The notes under the pieces were generated by a model that worked only from the letters and a program-made list of their open reading frames with translations, did no database searches and had not been told where the DNA came from. From Lentisphaerota bacterium (GTDB lineage: Bacteria > Verrucomicrobiota > Kiritimatiellia > UBA8416 > VGWJ01), in NCBI GenBank assembly GCA_016873635.1, contig VGWJ01000011.1, forward strand, positions 678-64,677: a stretch of DNA of 64,000 nucleotides, read 5' to 3'. Positions 1-8,779 of the stretch are shown here, one piece after another. How positions within the stretch are numbered: the stretch's first letter is position 1; each line of letters opens with the position of its first letter. The translations under genes and the position numbers were made by a program.

Positions 1-120
1 GACCACCGTGCGCCGCAAGAGTTCGCGAATCAGGTTGTTGAGCGACGTGTGGTGCGCGCTCGCGTATGCCCGGCTCGCCGCCAGGGTTTGATCATCCAGG
101 GCGATGGTGACGTTCTTCAT
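1..120 (-). CDS. CopG/ribbon-helix-helix antitoxin-like protein, partial (runs off window)
   Basis: Manual translation MKNVTIALDDQTLAASRAYASAHHTSLNNLIRELLRRTVV; GAGGAGG RBS upstream; RHH pattern. Confidence 0.7.
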   Translation of the reverse strand, partial: MKNVTIALDDQTLAASRAYASAHHTSLNNLIRELLRRTVV

Positions 121-222
121 GCCGAAAACCTCCTCACATCCATCAGTGCCACATAATACGTGGACGCATATCATGTGTCAAGCCGTCATTGTCGTAAGCG
201 TTGTTCGGATCGTTATCGACAG

Positions 223-524
223 CATTGGCGGATACGGTATGCGGGGGCGAAGTACCACCTGACGGGCCGCGGGAACGGACGGGACGTGGTCTTCGCCACG
301 GCGGGGGATCACCAGCGATTCCTGTAACGCGGTACATCCACCTCAATCCGGTCAAGACGCAGCGGCACAGGGAGAAGACGGCAGAGGCGAAGCGGCGGAT
401 CCTGGAAGGGCATGCGTGGAGCAGCTACCGCGGATACGCTGGGCTGGGGCCGGCGGAAGAGATAGTGAACTACCGCTGGCTGAAGATGATGGAGCGGGAG
501 CGGGAATCGGTGCCAGGCAAATAG
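223..524 (+). pseudogene. Internally deleted REP-associated tyrosine transposase (RAYT, IS200-like Y1) remnant
   Basis: One frame gives HWRIRYAGAKYHLTGRGNGRDVVF...QRFL* (RAYT N-terminus); another frame continues TRYIHLNPVK...WSSYRGY (C-terminal catalytic Tyr region); central HUH region missing. Confidence 0.75.
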
Positions 525-723
525 TCCTGGCGCTCCCGCGGCGACCTCGGGCCGGGGGCTTTGCCGGGCGTTTGGGTGGCGTCGGCGGCTTCTCCTCGCG
601 GGCCTGAGTTCGCCGGGGGCGTTTTGCGCGGCTTGTTTCGGCGGCGGGAGGGCAGGGCGGCCGCGACTTGGCCGTTCTTGAGCAGGCTCCGCCCTCGGAA
701 TGTTGGGATTCGGGGCGGCGCGG

Positions 724-924
724 CTAATGGTTGCCCATGACCTGGAAGGCGAGCGGCTCGATAACGTACAGCTCGCACAGCCGTTTGAGCCGGTTGATGA
801 ACGCTTCCTTTTCCGTGGGGCCGAAGGGGAACTCGCCGGCGGAGCCGACAGTGCGGTTGTAGACGTGGACGAAGGTATCTTCCTGAGGCTTGATGCGCGG
901 GTGTCTCATTCCGGTTGTCTCCAC
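724..924 (-). pseudogene. Truncated RAYT/Y1 transposase N-terminal fragment
   Basis: MRHPRIKP...FVHVYNRTV...LAFQVMGNH* stops inside the MxNHxH (HUH) motif. Confidence 0.65.
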
Positions 925-956
925 CTTTCCCGAGGGACCGACACGGCCCTCTATCC

Positions 957-1883
957 CTACGGGTGATGGTCCACCGCGTGAAGCGTAAGCACGAGGTGCT
1001 CGAGGGTTCTGAGGATCTCGGGGACGTATTCCTCGACGGCCTTCACGCTGCCGGGCAACGCGTAGATAAGCGTCCGGCGGGCCACCGCGGCCACGCTGCG
1101 GCTGAGAAGCGCGTTCGGCTTCTCCGCGCCGTACTTCACGCGGATGTGCTCCATGATGCCGGGGATGACCTTGTCGGCCACGGCCTGCACCGCCTCGGGC
1201 GTTACGTCGCGGGGCCCGATTCCCGTTCCGCCCGTCGTGAATACCACGTCCAGGCCGCGGTCGCGCGCCGCCTCGAGCTCGCGGACAAGCGCCGGCCGCT
1301 CGTCAGGCAGCACCCGCATTTCAAACTCCGGACGCCAGCGCCGCTCCCGCAGGAAACACGCCGTCAGCTCGCGGATCCGCGGCCCGCCGCGGTCCTCGTA
1401 CACGCCCCGGCTGGCCCTGTCGCTCATGGTCACGATCCCGATGCGCAACGCCCGCGGACGATGCTCCAGCCGGTCGCCCGGCCGCAGGCTCCCGCCCCGG
1501 ATCACGCGGCAGAAGACCCCCTCCCCGGGCATCACGCAGGCCCCGATCTCCCGGAAGATGGCGCAGCCGTCGCCGTGGCACGCCTTGCCGATCTGCGTGA
1601 CCTCCAGCTCCAACCCCTCCGACAGGAAGCGGTCCAACATGCACACCGCGCGCAGATCAGCGCCCTCGACGGTCACGTTCTCGGCCAACTCGCCCGGCTT
1701 GATCTCCCGCCCGAGACGCGGCTCGAACTCCGCGATAATCTCCCGCGACAGGATGCTCACCTGGCGATGCCAAGGCCCGGCGTGCGCGTCGCCCGCGACG
1801 CCCGCCTCGTCAATGCGGATCTCGGGCACGGGCCGCTTGGGGGTCCCCTTTTCCGCGGACACGTTGACGGACAGAACTCTCAT
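957..1883 (-). CDS. mogA: MOSC domain::molybdopterin adenylyltransferase (MogA/MoaB) fusion
   Basis: N-terminal MOSC (GDAHAGPWHRQVSIL, GKACHGDGCAIFREIGACVMP); C-terminal TTGGTGIGPRDVTPE and ALPGS; ATGA overlap with moaC. Confidence 0.88.
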   Translation of the reverse strand: MRVLSVNVSAEKGTPKRPVPEIRIDEAGVAGDAHAGPWHRQVSILSREIIAEFEPRLGREIKPGELAENVTVEGADLRAVCMLDRFLSEGLELEVTQIGKACHGDGCAIFREIGACVMPGEGVFCRVIRGGSLRPGDRLEHRPRALRIGIVTMSDRASRGVYEDRGGPRIRELTACFLRERRWRPEFEMRVLPDERPALVRELEAARDRGLDVVFTTGGTGIGPRDVTPEAVQAVADKVIPGIMEHIRVKYGAEKPNALLSRSVAAVARRTLIYALPGSVKAVEEYVPEILRTLEHLVLTLHAVDHHP

Positions 1884-2332
1884 CGCTCCTTCCGCTTCTC
1901 CACCAGCCGTATCTCCTGAATGGCCATCTCGCCGTCCACGGCCTTGCACATGTCGTAGAGCGTCAGGGCGGCGACGGACACGGCCACCAGCGCCTCCATC
2001 TCGATGCCGGTCCTGTCCGTGCAGACGGCTTCGCTCTCGATCTCGACGCCGTCTTCGGCCGGGCGCAGGTCCACGCGGACGTGCTCGATCCCGATGTTGT
2101 GGCACAGCGGAATCAGGTCCCAGGTCTTCTTGGCGGCCGCGATTCCGGCCAGCCGGGCCGCGGCCAGCGCGTCGCCCTTCTGCAGCAGGTTCTCCCTGAG
2201 CAGCCGCACCGTCTCCGCCTTCATCCGTATCCTGCCCCGGGCCCGGGCCGTGCGCCGCACGCGCGCCTTGCGCGAGACATCCACCATGCGCGCCGCGCCT
2301 TGCTTGTCCAGATGACTGAGATCCATTGGCAT
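1880..2332 (-). CDS. moaC: Cyclic pyranopterin monophosphate synthase
   Basis: LSHLD..ARMVDVS, LIPLCH, TGIEMEAL, LYDMCKAVD motifs. Confidence 0.95.
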   Translation of the reverse strand: MPMDLSHLDKQGAARMVDVSRKARVRRTARARGRIRMKAETVRLLRENLLQKGDALAAARLAGIAAAKKTWDLIPLCHNIGIEHVRVDLRPAEDGVEIESEAVCTDRTGIEMEALVAVSVAALTLYDMCKAVDGEMAIQEIRLVEKRKER

Positions 2333-2416
2333 GCTCCCGTCTTCAGTCGTGGATGGAGAGATCAGGGTCCCATCCAGTCTTTCCCCCCTGATCTTTGCCC
2401 TCCCCCCCACCCCCCT

Positions 2417-3223
2417 CTACCCTCCGATCGCGCACATCTCCCGGTTGCGGCAGCGCGAGCCGCTTTCCGGCTTTGCCGCCACCGCCGCCCGTATCGAACC
2501 CCGCATATCCGTGAAGTCAACCGCGATTTCATCCTCGGAGAAAAGGCAGGGCTTCAGAAAGCCGTCCGAAGTGAGCCTGAGCCGGTTGCATTGCGCGCAG
2601 GACGGCGGCCGCTCGGCAAGGAAGCGCGCGCGCAGATCGCGCCGGTCGTAGAGCGAGAAATGCATGATCGTCTGCAGCCGCATGCCCCGGGCGTCGCAGA
2701 ACCGCCGCATGCGCTCCACCTCGTCGACGCCGGTATCCTCGATGATCACCATGTTGATCTTGACCGGCGTCAGCCCCGCGGCGGCCGCCGCCTCAATGCC
2801 TCGCAGCACCTGTCCCAGATCGCCGCCGCGCGTCACGGCGCGATAGCGCTCCGGGTCGAGCGTGTCCAGCGACACGTTCACGCGCCCCAGGCCGCGCGCC
2901 TTCAGGACTCCCGCCATCGCGGCCAGCCGCGTCCCGTTCGTGGTCATGGCAAGCTCGCGCAGACCGCCGATGCGCGCGAGCCGGCCCACCAGCTCCTCGA
3001 TGTTGTGCCGGACCAGCGGCTCGCCGCCGGTCAGGCGGATCTTCGTGACGCCCAGCGCAACGGCCTCGCGGGCCACGGCCTCGATCCGCGCGTACGACAG
3101 GATGGCGTCGCGCGGCTTGCAGGCGATGCCCTCCGCCGGCATGCAGTAGACGCATCGCAGGTCGCAGCGGTCCGTGACGGAGATCCGCAGGTAGTCGATT
3201 TGGCGCTCAAATCGGTCGTACAT
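2417..3223 (-). CDS. moaA: GTP 3',8-cyclase (short variant)
   Basis: YLRISVTDRCDLRCVYCMP, RLTGGEPL, CAQCNRLRLTSDGFLKPCL, C-terminal IGG. Confidence 0.93.
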   Translation of the reverse strand: MYDRFERQIDYLRISVTDRCDLRCVYCMPAEGIACKPRDAILSYARIEAVAREAVALGVTKIRLTGGEPLVRHNIEELVGRLARIGGLRELAMTTNGTRLAAMAGVLKARGLGRVNVSLDTLDPERYRAVTRGGDLGQVLRGIEAAAAAGLTPVKINMVIIEDTGVDEVERMRRFCDARGMRLQTIMHFSLYDRRDLRARFLAERPPSCAQCNRLRLTSDGFLKPCLFSEDEIAVDFTDMRGSIRAAVAAKPESGSRCRNREMCAIGG

Positions 3224-4406
3224 CAACCAGCGTCCCTTCGGCGACTTCCGCAACGCCCTTCGGCACACGGATGAGCCCGTCCGCGGCGGTCACGGAAGTG
3301 ACGTGGGCCGGGCCGTGATAGGCCACGGCGCGCACCGCGCCGCCCGCGTCGCGCCGCACGGGAATCCAGCCGTCGCGCGCGACGTCCTTCCGCACGATGC
3401 GTTCCGCCAGCGCCGCCCGGCCCGTAAAGGGCCGGAAATCGTGTCCCATGAGGGCAAACAGGAACGGCTTCACGAGGATCTCGAACACGACAAACGTGGA
3501 GACGGGATTCCCGGCCAGGCCGAAGAAGTACGCGTTGCCCTGCACTCCGAAGACCGTCGGCATGCCGGGCTTGACCGCGATCTTCCTGAAGAGCAGCCTG
3601 ACGCCGTTCCGCTCCAGCGCGTCCGGCACCAGGTCGAACGCGCCCATCGAGACGCCGCCCGACACAAGCACCACGTCATTCGCGTCGCGCGCGGCACGCA
3701 CGGCGGCGGCCAGGGCTTCCGTCCGATCCGCCGCCACGGCATACCGCCGGGGCGCGACGCCCATGGCGAGCGCCTGCGCGCAGAGCTGGCAGCCGTTGCT
3801 GTTCCGGATCTGCGACGGCCCCGGCCTGACGTCCGGCTCGACCAGCTCGTCGCCCGTGGGTATCACGCCGACCCGCGGCTGCCGGGCGACCCGCGGATGC
3901 GTGCAGCCCGCCGATGCGAGCACGGCGATGTGCTGGGGACGCAGGCGTACGCCCCGGCGCAGCACAACGTCCCCGGCACGCACGTCCTCGCCCCGGGCGC
4001 AGATGTTGTCCGGCGTGCCGTCCGCGATGAAGCGGACCGCGTCCGGCCCCCCGTCCCGCGCGTCTTCGAGCCTTATGACGCAGTCGGCCCCTTCCGGGAC
4101 CGCGGCGCCGGTCATGATCCTGGCGCACTCGCCGGGGCCGATCGCCCGCCCGGGCGCCTGCCCCGCCGGCACGGTTCCGACCACCCGCAGCTCGCCGCCC
4201 AGGTCCGCCCGCCGGCAGGCGTAGCCGTCCATGGCCGACTTGTCGAACGGCGGCATGTCCATGTCGGACCGCACGTCCTCGGCCAGGATTCTGTTCAGCG
4301 CATCGGCGATCGCGACGCTTTCCGCGTCCAGCACGCGGGCGCGGTCCAGCACGATGCGAAGGGCGTCTTCAAAGCTTGTCAGCGCGGGCGGCGACATGGG
4401 CGGCAT
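3207..4406 (-). CDS. moeA: Molybdopterin molybdo/tungstotransferase
   Basis: PPFDKSAMDGYA, IMTGAAVP, TGDEL, SGGVSMG, GLAGNPVS; GGAGG RBS. Confidence 0.95.
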   Translation of the reverse strand: MPPMSPPALTSFEDALRIVLDRARVLDAESVAIADALNRILAEDVRSDMDMPPFDKSAMDGYACRRADLGGELRVVGTVPAGQAPGRAIGPGECARIMTGAAVPEGADCVIRLEDARDGGPDAVRFIADGTPDNICARGEDVRAGDVVLRRGVRLRPQHIAVLASAGCTHPRVARQPRVGVIPTGDELVEPDVRPGPSQIRNSNGCQLCAQALAMGVAPRRYAVAADRTEALAAAVRAARDANDVVLVSGGVSMGAFDLVPDALERNGVRLLFRKIAVKPGMPTVFGVQGNAYFFGLAGNPVSTFVVFEILVKPFLFALMGHDFRPFTGRAALAERIVRKDVARDGWIPVRRDAGGAVRAVAYHGPAHVTSVTAADGLIRVPKGVAEVAEGTLVDVRPI

Positions 4407-5502
4407 ATTCCTCCCTGGTGTTCAGGTTGGCCGGCACGGCTTCTCCGGGCGGCAGGTCAACGTAGCGTGTGCGGCCTTTCGCGAAAAGCGCGCGCACCCT
4501 CCCCTCCCCGGCTCCCAGCAGCCGATGCGCCCGCGGCGCGAGGGACTTGCGGTAGACCGCAAACAGCGGCTCGACGGCACCCCCGGGGCCGCGCGGAACC
4601 ACCGCGTCGCGGCCCGCGGCGCGGTCCAGCAGGCGATGCGCCAGCGCGATATTGAGATCGGGCGCATCGCAGGCCACCACGAAGTTGAGCTCGTGGGCGG
4701 ACGCTTCCAGGGCCGAGGCAATGCCCATCAGCGGCCCGCGGCCGGGCGCGCGGTCCGGCACGGTGCGCAGCCCCAGGAAGGCGTGCTCCTCCGGCGTGTT
4801 GGTGCTGACCAGGACTTCGTCGAACACGTCGCGCAGCTGGGCGCAGACGTGCTCGATCATGGGCCGCGCGCCGACCGGCAGCATGCTCTTGTCGCGCCCC
4901 ATCCGCGTGCCGCGGCCGCCGGCCAGCACGATCGCGGTCGCGTGTTCCCTGAGCACCCAGCCGCGGCCGTCGCATGACAGGTCCGCCGGGTCGAGATCGA
5001 ATCCGCCGCCGTCGAAGACAACGGTGCGGTCGGCGAACTCCCGCACCGCCCGGGCGGTGGCCTTCCAGGCGCGCGCGCCCTTCGCCCTGAGCATGAGAAA
5101 CAGCCCGGGCTCGACCACGGTGCGCAGGCTGTTCGACTCGCAGACGCAGGGCCCGCGCCCGGCAACAGCCAGCAGGGCCGCCATCCCCTCGGCCAGGCGC
5201 CCGGTCCTGACCCGCAGCCAGAAGACCTTCTCCGCGCCGGCGGCCAGCAGGCGGCCCGTGTCCTTGGGCGAACGGGGGTTGTCCTCCTCCGTGATGCAGT
5301 AGTCGCCCTTCAGCGAGGCGCACGCGCCGCAGCCCCGGCCGCCCCGCGGACAGGCGCCGCCGTTGCGGCGGATGGCCGTGACCTTCAGGCCCACGGCGCC
5401 GGCGGCGGCCGGCCGCCCTGCCAGAACCGCGCACGCCAGGGCGGTCTTGCCCGCATTGCGGCCCGCCGAGCCCAGCAGAAGCATGTTGGGAAGACGCATC
5501 AT
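4369..5502 (-). CDS. mobA: MobB-like P-loop domain::molybdenum cofactor guanylyltransferase fusion
   Basis: N-terminal GSAGRNAGKT P-loop, KDTGRLLAAGA; C-terminal IVLAGGRGTRMGRDK, GPLMGI, VVACDAP, NLNTREE. Confidence 0.85.
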   Translation of the reverse strand: MMRLPNMLLLGSAGRNAGKTALACAVLAGRPAAAGAVGLKVTAIRRNGGACPRGGRGCGACASLKGDYCITEEDNPRSPKDTGRLLAAGAEKVFWLRVRTGRLAEGMAALLAVAGRGPCVCESNSLRTVVEPGLFLMLRAKGARAWKATARAVREFADRTVVFDGGGFDLDPADLSCDGRGWVLREHATAIVLAGGRGTRMGRDKSMLPVGARPMIEHVCAQLRDVFDEVLVSTNTPEEHAFLGLRTVPDRAPGRGPLMGIASALEASAHELNFVVACDAPDLNIALAHRLLDRAAGRDAVVPRGPGGAVEPLFAVYRKSLAPRAHRLLGAGEGRVRALFAKGRTRYVDLPPGEAVPANLNTREEYAAHVAARADKL

Positions 5503-5550
5503 TTTCCGCTTGTCCTCAGAATAGCAGATCCGTATTTTGCCCGCAACGAC

Positions 5551-5573
5551 CGATATGCCCAGGGCGCATATCG
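5551..5573. promoter_or_regulatory. ModE-type palindromic operator
   Basis: Inverted repeat CGATATG-N9-CATATCG (23 bp) between the divergent Moco and modE-tup operons; resembles CGTTATG...CATAACG ModE boxes. Confidence 0.7.
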
Positions 5574-5580
5574 CTTGGCA

Positions 5581-5937
5581 ATGAACGTCCGGACCAAAGC
5601 CTGGCTCGCGCGCAAGGGAGGCCTGTGTTTCGGGACGGGGCGGGCGGCCATCCTGCGGGCCGTGCAACGCACGGGGTCGCTCAGCGGCGCGGCCAGGGAG
5701 CTGCAGATGTCCTACCGCCACGCCTGGAGCTCAATCCGCGTCGCGGAGCAGCGCCTGGGCCGCAGACTGCTGGTCCGCCGCCGGGGCGGACCGGCCCGGG
5801 GCGGCGCCGCGCTGACCCCCTGCGCCCTGCGGCTCCTGGGGCGCTTCGAGCGGCTGGACCGGGATATCAGGGACTTCGCCGATCAGCGTTTTGCGGCGCT
5901 GTTCGGTCAAACCGGGAAAGGAGGCGGGAAGGTATGA
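5581..5937 (+). CDS. modE: ModE-family winged-helix regulator (no molbindin domain)
   Basis: FGTGRAAILRAVQRTGSLSGAARELQMSYRHAW...RRGGPARGGAALT. Confidence 0.85.
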   Translation: MNVRTKAWLARKGGLCFGTGRAAILRAVQRTGSLSGAARELQMSYRHAWSSIRVAEQRLGRRLLVRRRGGPARGGAALTPCALRLLGRFERLDRDIRDFADQRFAALFGQTGKGGGKV

Positions 5938-7244
5938 GACTGTGCGTGTCGATGTCAGCACTGGCTGCCGGCGCCCTCGTGTGCCTGGCCGAGACGGAAG
6001 GACCGGAAAAGCCCTGGAGCCTGGACGCCGGGACGGACAACCGGGCCCGCTACGAGGCGATGGGGCCCTTCCGGACCGCGGCCGACGACGCGGAGAGCGC
6101 CGTGGTCAACAGGCTCCGCATGCGCGCGGAGGCCAGGGGAGGCGACGCCGTCGCGCTGTTCGTCGAAGGGCTTGACGTGCGGGAATGGACGGCCGCCGGC
6201 CCCCAGGCCGCGAACACCGACGACCTCGACCTGCACCAGGCCTATCTCGAAGTGAGCCGCGTCGCGGACGTGCCCCTGCGCGCCAGGCTCGGACGGCAGG
6301 AATTCAACTACGGCAGCAAGCGGATCCTTTCGGCCCCCTCCTGGTCGAACAAGATCCGGTCCTTCGACGCCGCGCTGCTGGGCCTCGACCTGCCCGGATT
6401 CAAGGGCGACGTCTTCGGCGGCTACCTCGTCAAGTACGTGTACGGCCGCTTCAACCCGCCGGACGAGAACGAGCGCCTGCTCGGCGCCTTCAACACGTTC
6501 CAGCGCGGCAAGGACGTGCTCGTTGACGCGTACGCGGTCAGCAAGCGCCGGCAGTCCGCCGCCGGCCCGGACCGGGAAGTGCGGGAACGGCACACCGCCG
6601 GCACGCGCCTGAACCTGAAGCCGCTCGCGGGCCTGACCCTGGAGGCCGAAGCCGCCTGGCAGTTCGGCCGGGACGCCGGCCTCGACGTGGGCGCCTACGC
6701 CGTGGCGCTCTGGGCGCAGAAGGCGTTTGAGACCGTCCTCGACCCCGCCGTGCGGGCGGAGTTCAATCTCGCCTCCGGCGATTCCGACCCGACGGACAAA
6801 CGCTCCGAGACCTTCGAGCCCCCCTACCAGACGACCCACGGCCCTTACGGGATCATCGACTTCCTGCGGTGGCAGAACATGCGGGAGATCGCGCTCGCGT
6901 GTGTCCTGCACCCGACCGGAAAGCTGACCGTCCAGCCCGAAGCGCATGCCTACTGGCTCGACAGCACGTCCGACGCATGGTACCACGGCAGCGGCGCCAA
7001 ACTGTGGCCGCCTCCGCCGGAACAGGGCGACGGGCCGGAAGGCGCGGAGGCTGCCGCGGCGCCGCGCGCGGCGGCGGGCAGTCACGTCGGCTCCGAGCTC
7101 TCGCTGATCCTGACGCAGAAGCTGACGGGCAACGTCACGGCCGAGGCGGGCTATTCGGCCTTCGTCCCCGGCGCCGTCGCGAACGAAATCAGCGACCGGG
7201 ACGTGGTGCACTTCGGCTACGTCCAGGTGGTCCTGAGTCTGTGA
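5934..7244 (+). CDS. Alginate-export (AlgE-like) outer-membrane beta-barrel porin
   Basis: Signal peptide; RARYE, DLHQAYLE, RLGRQEFNYG, RSFDA, ASGD and C-terminal FGYVQV pattern; ATGA-coupled to modE. Confidence 0.75.
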   Translation: MRLCVSMSALAAGALVCLAETEGPEKPWSLDAGTDNRARYEAMGPFRTAADDAESAVVNRLRMRAEARGGDAVALFVEGLDVREWTAAGPQAANTDDLDLHQAYLEVSRVADVPLRARLGRQEFNYGSKRILSAPSWSNKIRSFDAALLGLDLPGFKGDVFGGYLVKYVYGRFNPPDENERLLGAFNTFQRGKDVLVDAYAVSKRRQSAAGPDREVRERHTAGTRLNLKPLAGLTLEAEAAWQFGRDAGLDVGAYAVALWAQKAFETVLDPAVRAEFNLASGDSDPTDKRSETFEPPYQTTHGPYGIIDFLRWQNMREIALACVLHPTGKLTVQPEAHAYWLDSTSDAWYHGSGAKLWPPPPEQGDGPEGAEAAAAPRAAAGSHVGSELSLILTQKLTGNVTAEAGYSAFVPGAVANEISDRDVVHFGYVQVVLSL

Positions 7245-7258
7245 ACGGCAAGCGCAAG

Positions 7259-8068
7259 ATGACAGGAACGCTTCTGACCGGCATTGCGGCGTTGCTCGCG
7301 GCCGTTCAGGCGCACGCCGGGGAGACGCTCAGGCTGGCCACCACCACCAGCACCTATGAGACGGGGCTTCTCGACCGCGTCCTGCCGCCGTTCGAGAAGA
7401 AGCACAACGTGAAGATCCACGTCATCTCCGTCGGCACGGGCAAGGCCGTCAAGATCGCCGAAAACGGCGACGTGGACGTCATCCTCGTCCACGCCCGCGC
7501 GGCGGAAGACAAGTTCGTGGCCGACGGCTGCGGCGTCAACCGGCGGGACGTGATGTACAACGATTTCCTTCTGCTGGGGCCGGCGGGCGATCCCGCCGGG
7601 ATTGACGGCCTGAAAAAAGCCGCGGAGGCCCTGGGGCGGATCATGGACAAGCGTGCGCCTTTCGTGTCGCGCGGGGACGAGTCCGGAACGCACATCAAGG
7701 AGAAGTCCCTCTGGGCCAAGGCGGACCGGAAACCGTCGGGCGGATGGTACATCGAGGCCGGGCAGGGGATGAGCGCCACGCTGCGCATGGCGGACGAGAA
7801 GAACGCCTACGTCCTGGCTGACCGGGCGACGTTCATCTTCCAGAGGGACAAGCTGCGCCTGAAGCCGATGGTCGAGGGCGATCCGGACCTCTTCAATCCC
7901 TACGGCATAATCGCGGTCAGCCCCTACAGGCACCCCCATGTGAAGTATGAACCGGCCATGGCGCTCGTGGCCTGGATGACTTCGCCGGCGTGCCAGGAGC
8001 TGATAGCCGCCTACCGCAAGGAGGGCGGGCAGCTCTACTTCCCCAATGCGGCCAATCCGGTCGAGTGA
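7259..8068 (+). CDS. tupA: Tungstate ABC transporter substrate-binding protein
   Basis: TupA signature LATTTST, GTGKA, MYNDF, SRGDESGTH, GQGM. Confidence 0.93.
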   Translation: MTGTLLTGIAALLAAVQAHAGETLRLATTTSTYETGLLDRVLPPFEKKHNVKIHVISVGTGKAVKIAENGDVDVILVHARAAEDKFVADGCGVNRRDVMYNDFLLLGPAGDPAGIDGLKKAAEALGRIMDKRAPFVSRGDESGTHIKEKSLWAKADRKPSGGWYIEAGQGMSATLRMADEKNAYVLADRATFIFQRDKLRLKPMVEGDPDLFNPYGIIAVSPYRHPHVKYEPAMALVAWMTSPACQELIAAYRKEGGQLYFPNAANPVE

Positions 8069-8086
8069 GGAGCGCCGGGTCGCGGA

Positions 8087-8779
8087 ATGGAATACATCAC
8101 CGAAGGATGCACCGGAGCGTTGCGCATCATCTTCCGGGCCGACCGCGAGTTCGTCGCGATCGTAAGCGTTTCCCTGTTGGTCGCGACCATCTCCACGTCG
8201 CTGGCCGCCGTCAGCGGCATCCCGTTCGGCGCGCTTCTCGCGCACAAGCGCTTCGCCGGCCGTGACGCCGTCATCACGGTGCTCAACACGCTGATGTCGC
8301 TGCCCACGGTCGTGGTCGGCCTGATGGTCTACTCGTTCCTGTCCCGCCGCGGGCCGCTCGGTTCCCTGGGGTTGCTCTACACGCGCTCCGCCATGGTAAT
8401 AGGCCAGTGGATTCTGGCCTTCCCGATCGTGGCCGGCCTCAGCGTCGCCGCCGTCAAGGGACTGGACCCGCGCATCCACGAAACGGCCGTTTCGCTCGGG
8501 GCGGACGCGGCCCAGGGCTTCCGCACGTTTCTGCGCGAGGCGCGTTTCGGCATCCTGGCCGCCCTGGTGGCGGGCTTCGGCCGCGTTTTCGCGGAGGTGG
8601 GCGTCTCCATGATGCTGGGCGGCAATATCCGCGGTTACACGCGCAACATCACCACGGCCATCGCGCTCGAAACGAGCAAGGGCGAGTTCGCGCTCGGCAT
8701 TGCGCTGGGCCTCGTGCTGCTCGCGGTTGCCCTGGGCGTCAACGTCGTGTTCGGACTGCTCAGGAGGAGGTCGGCGTGA
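8087..8779 (+). CDS. tupB: Tungstate ABC transporter permease
   Basis: LPTVVVGL, LSRRGPLG, GFGRVFAEVG..MMLGGNIRGYTR. Confidence 0.93.
   Translation: MEYITEGCTGALRIIFRADREFVAIVSVSLLVATISTSLAAVSGIPFGALLAHKRFAGRDAVITVLNTLMSLPTVVVGLMVYSFLSRRGPLGSLGLLYTRSAMVIGQWILAFPIVAGLSVAAVKGLDPRIHETAVSLGADAAQGFRTFLREARFGILAALVAGFGRVFAEVGVSMMLGGNIRGYTRNITTAIALETSKGEFALGIALGLVLLAVALGVNVVFGLLRRRSA

Noticed and set aside
5503-5580. Moco/Tuco riboswitch
   Set aside because: Intergenic space is under 80 bp and is explained by a protein-binding palindrome.
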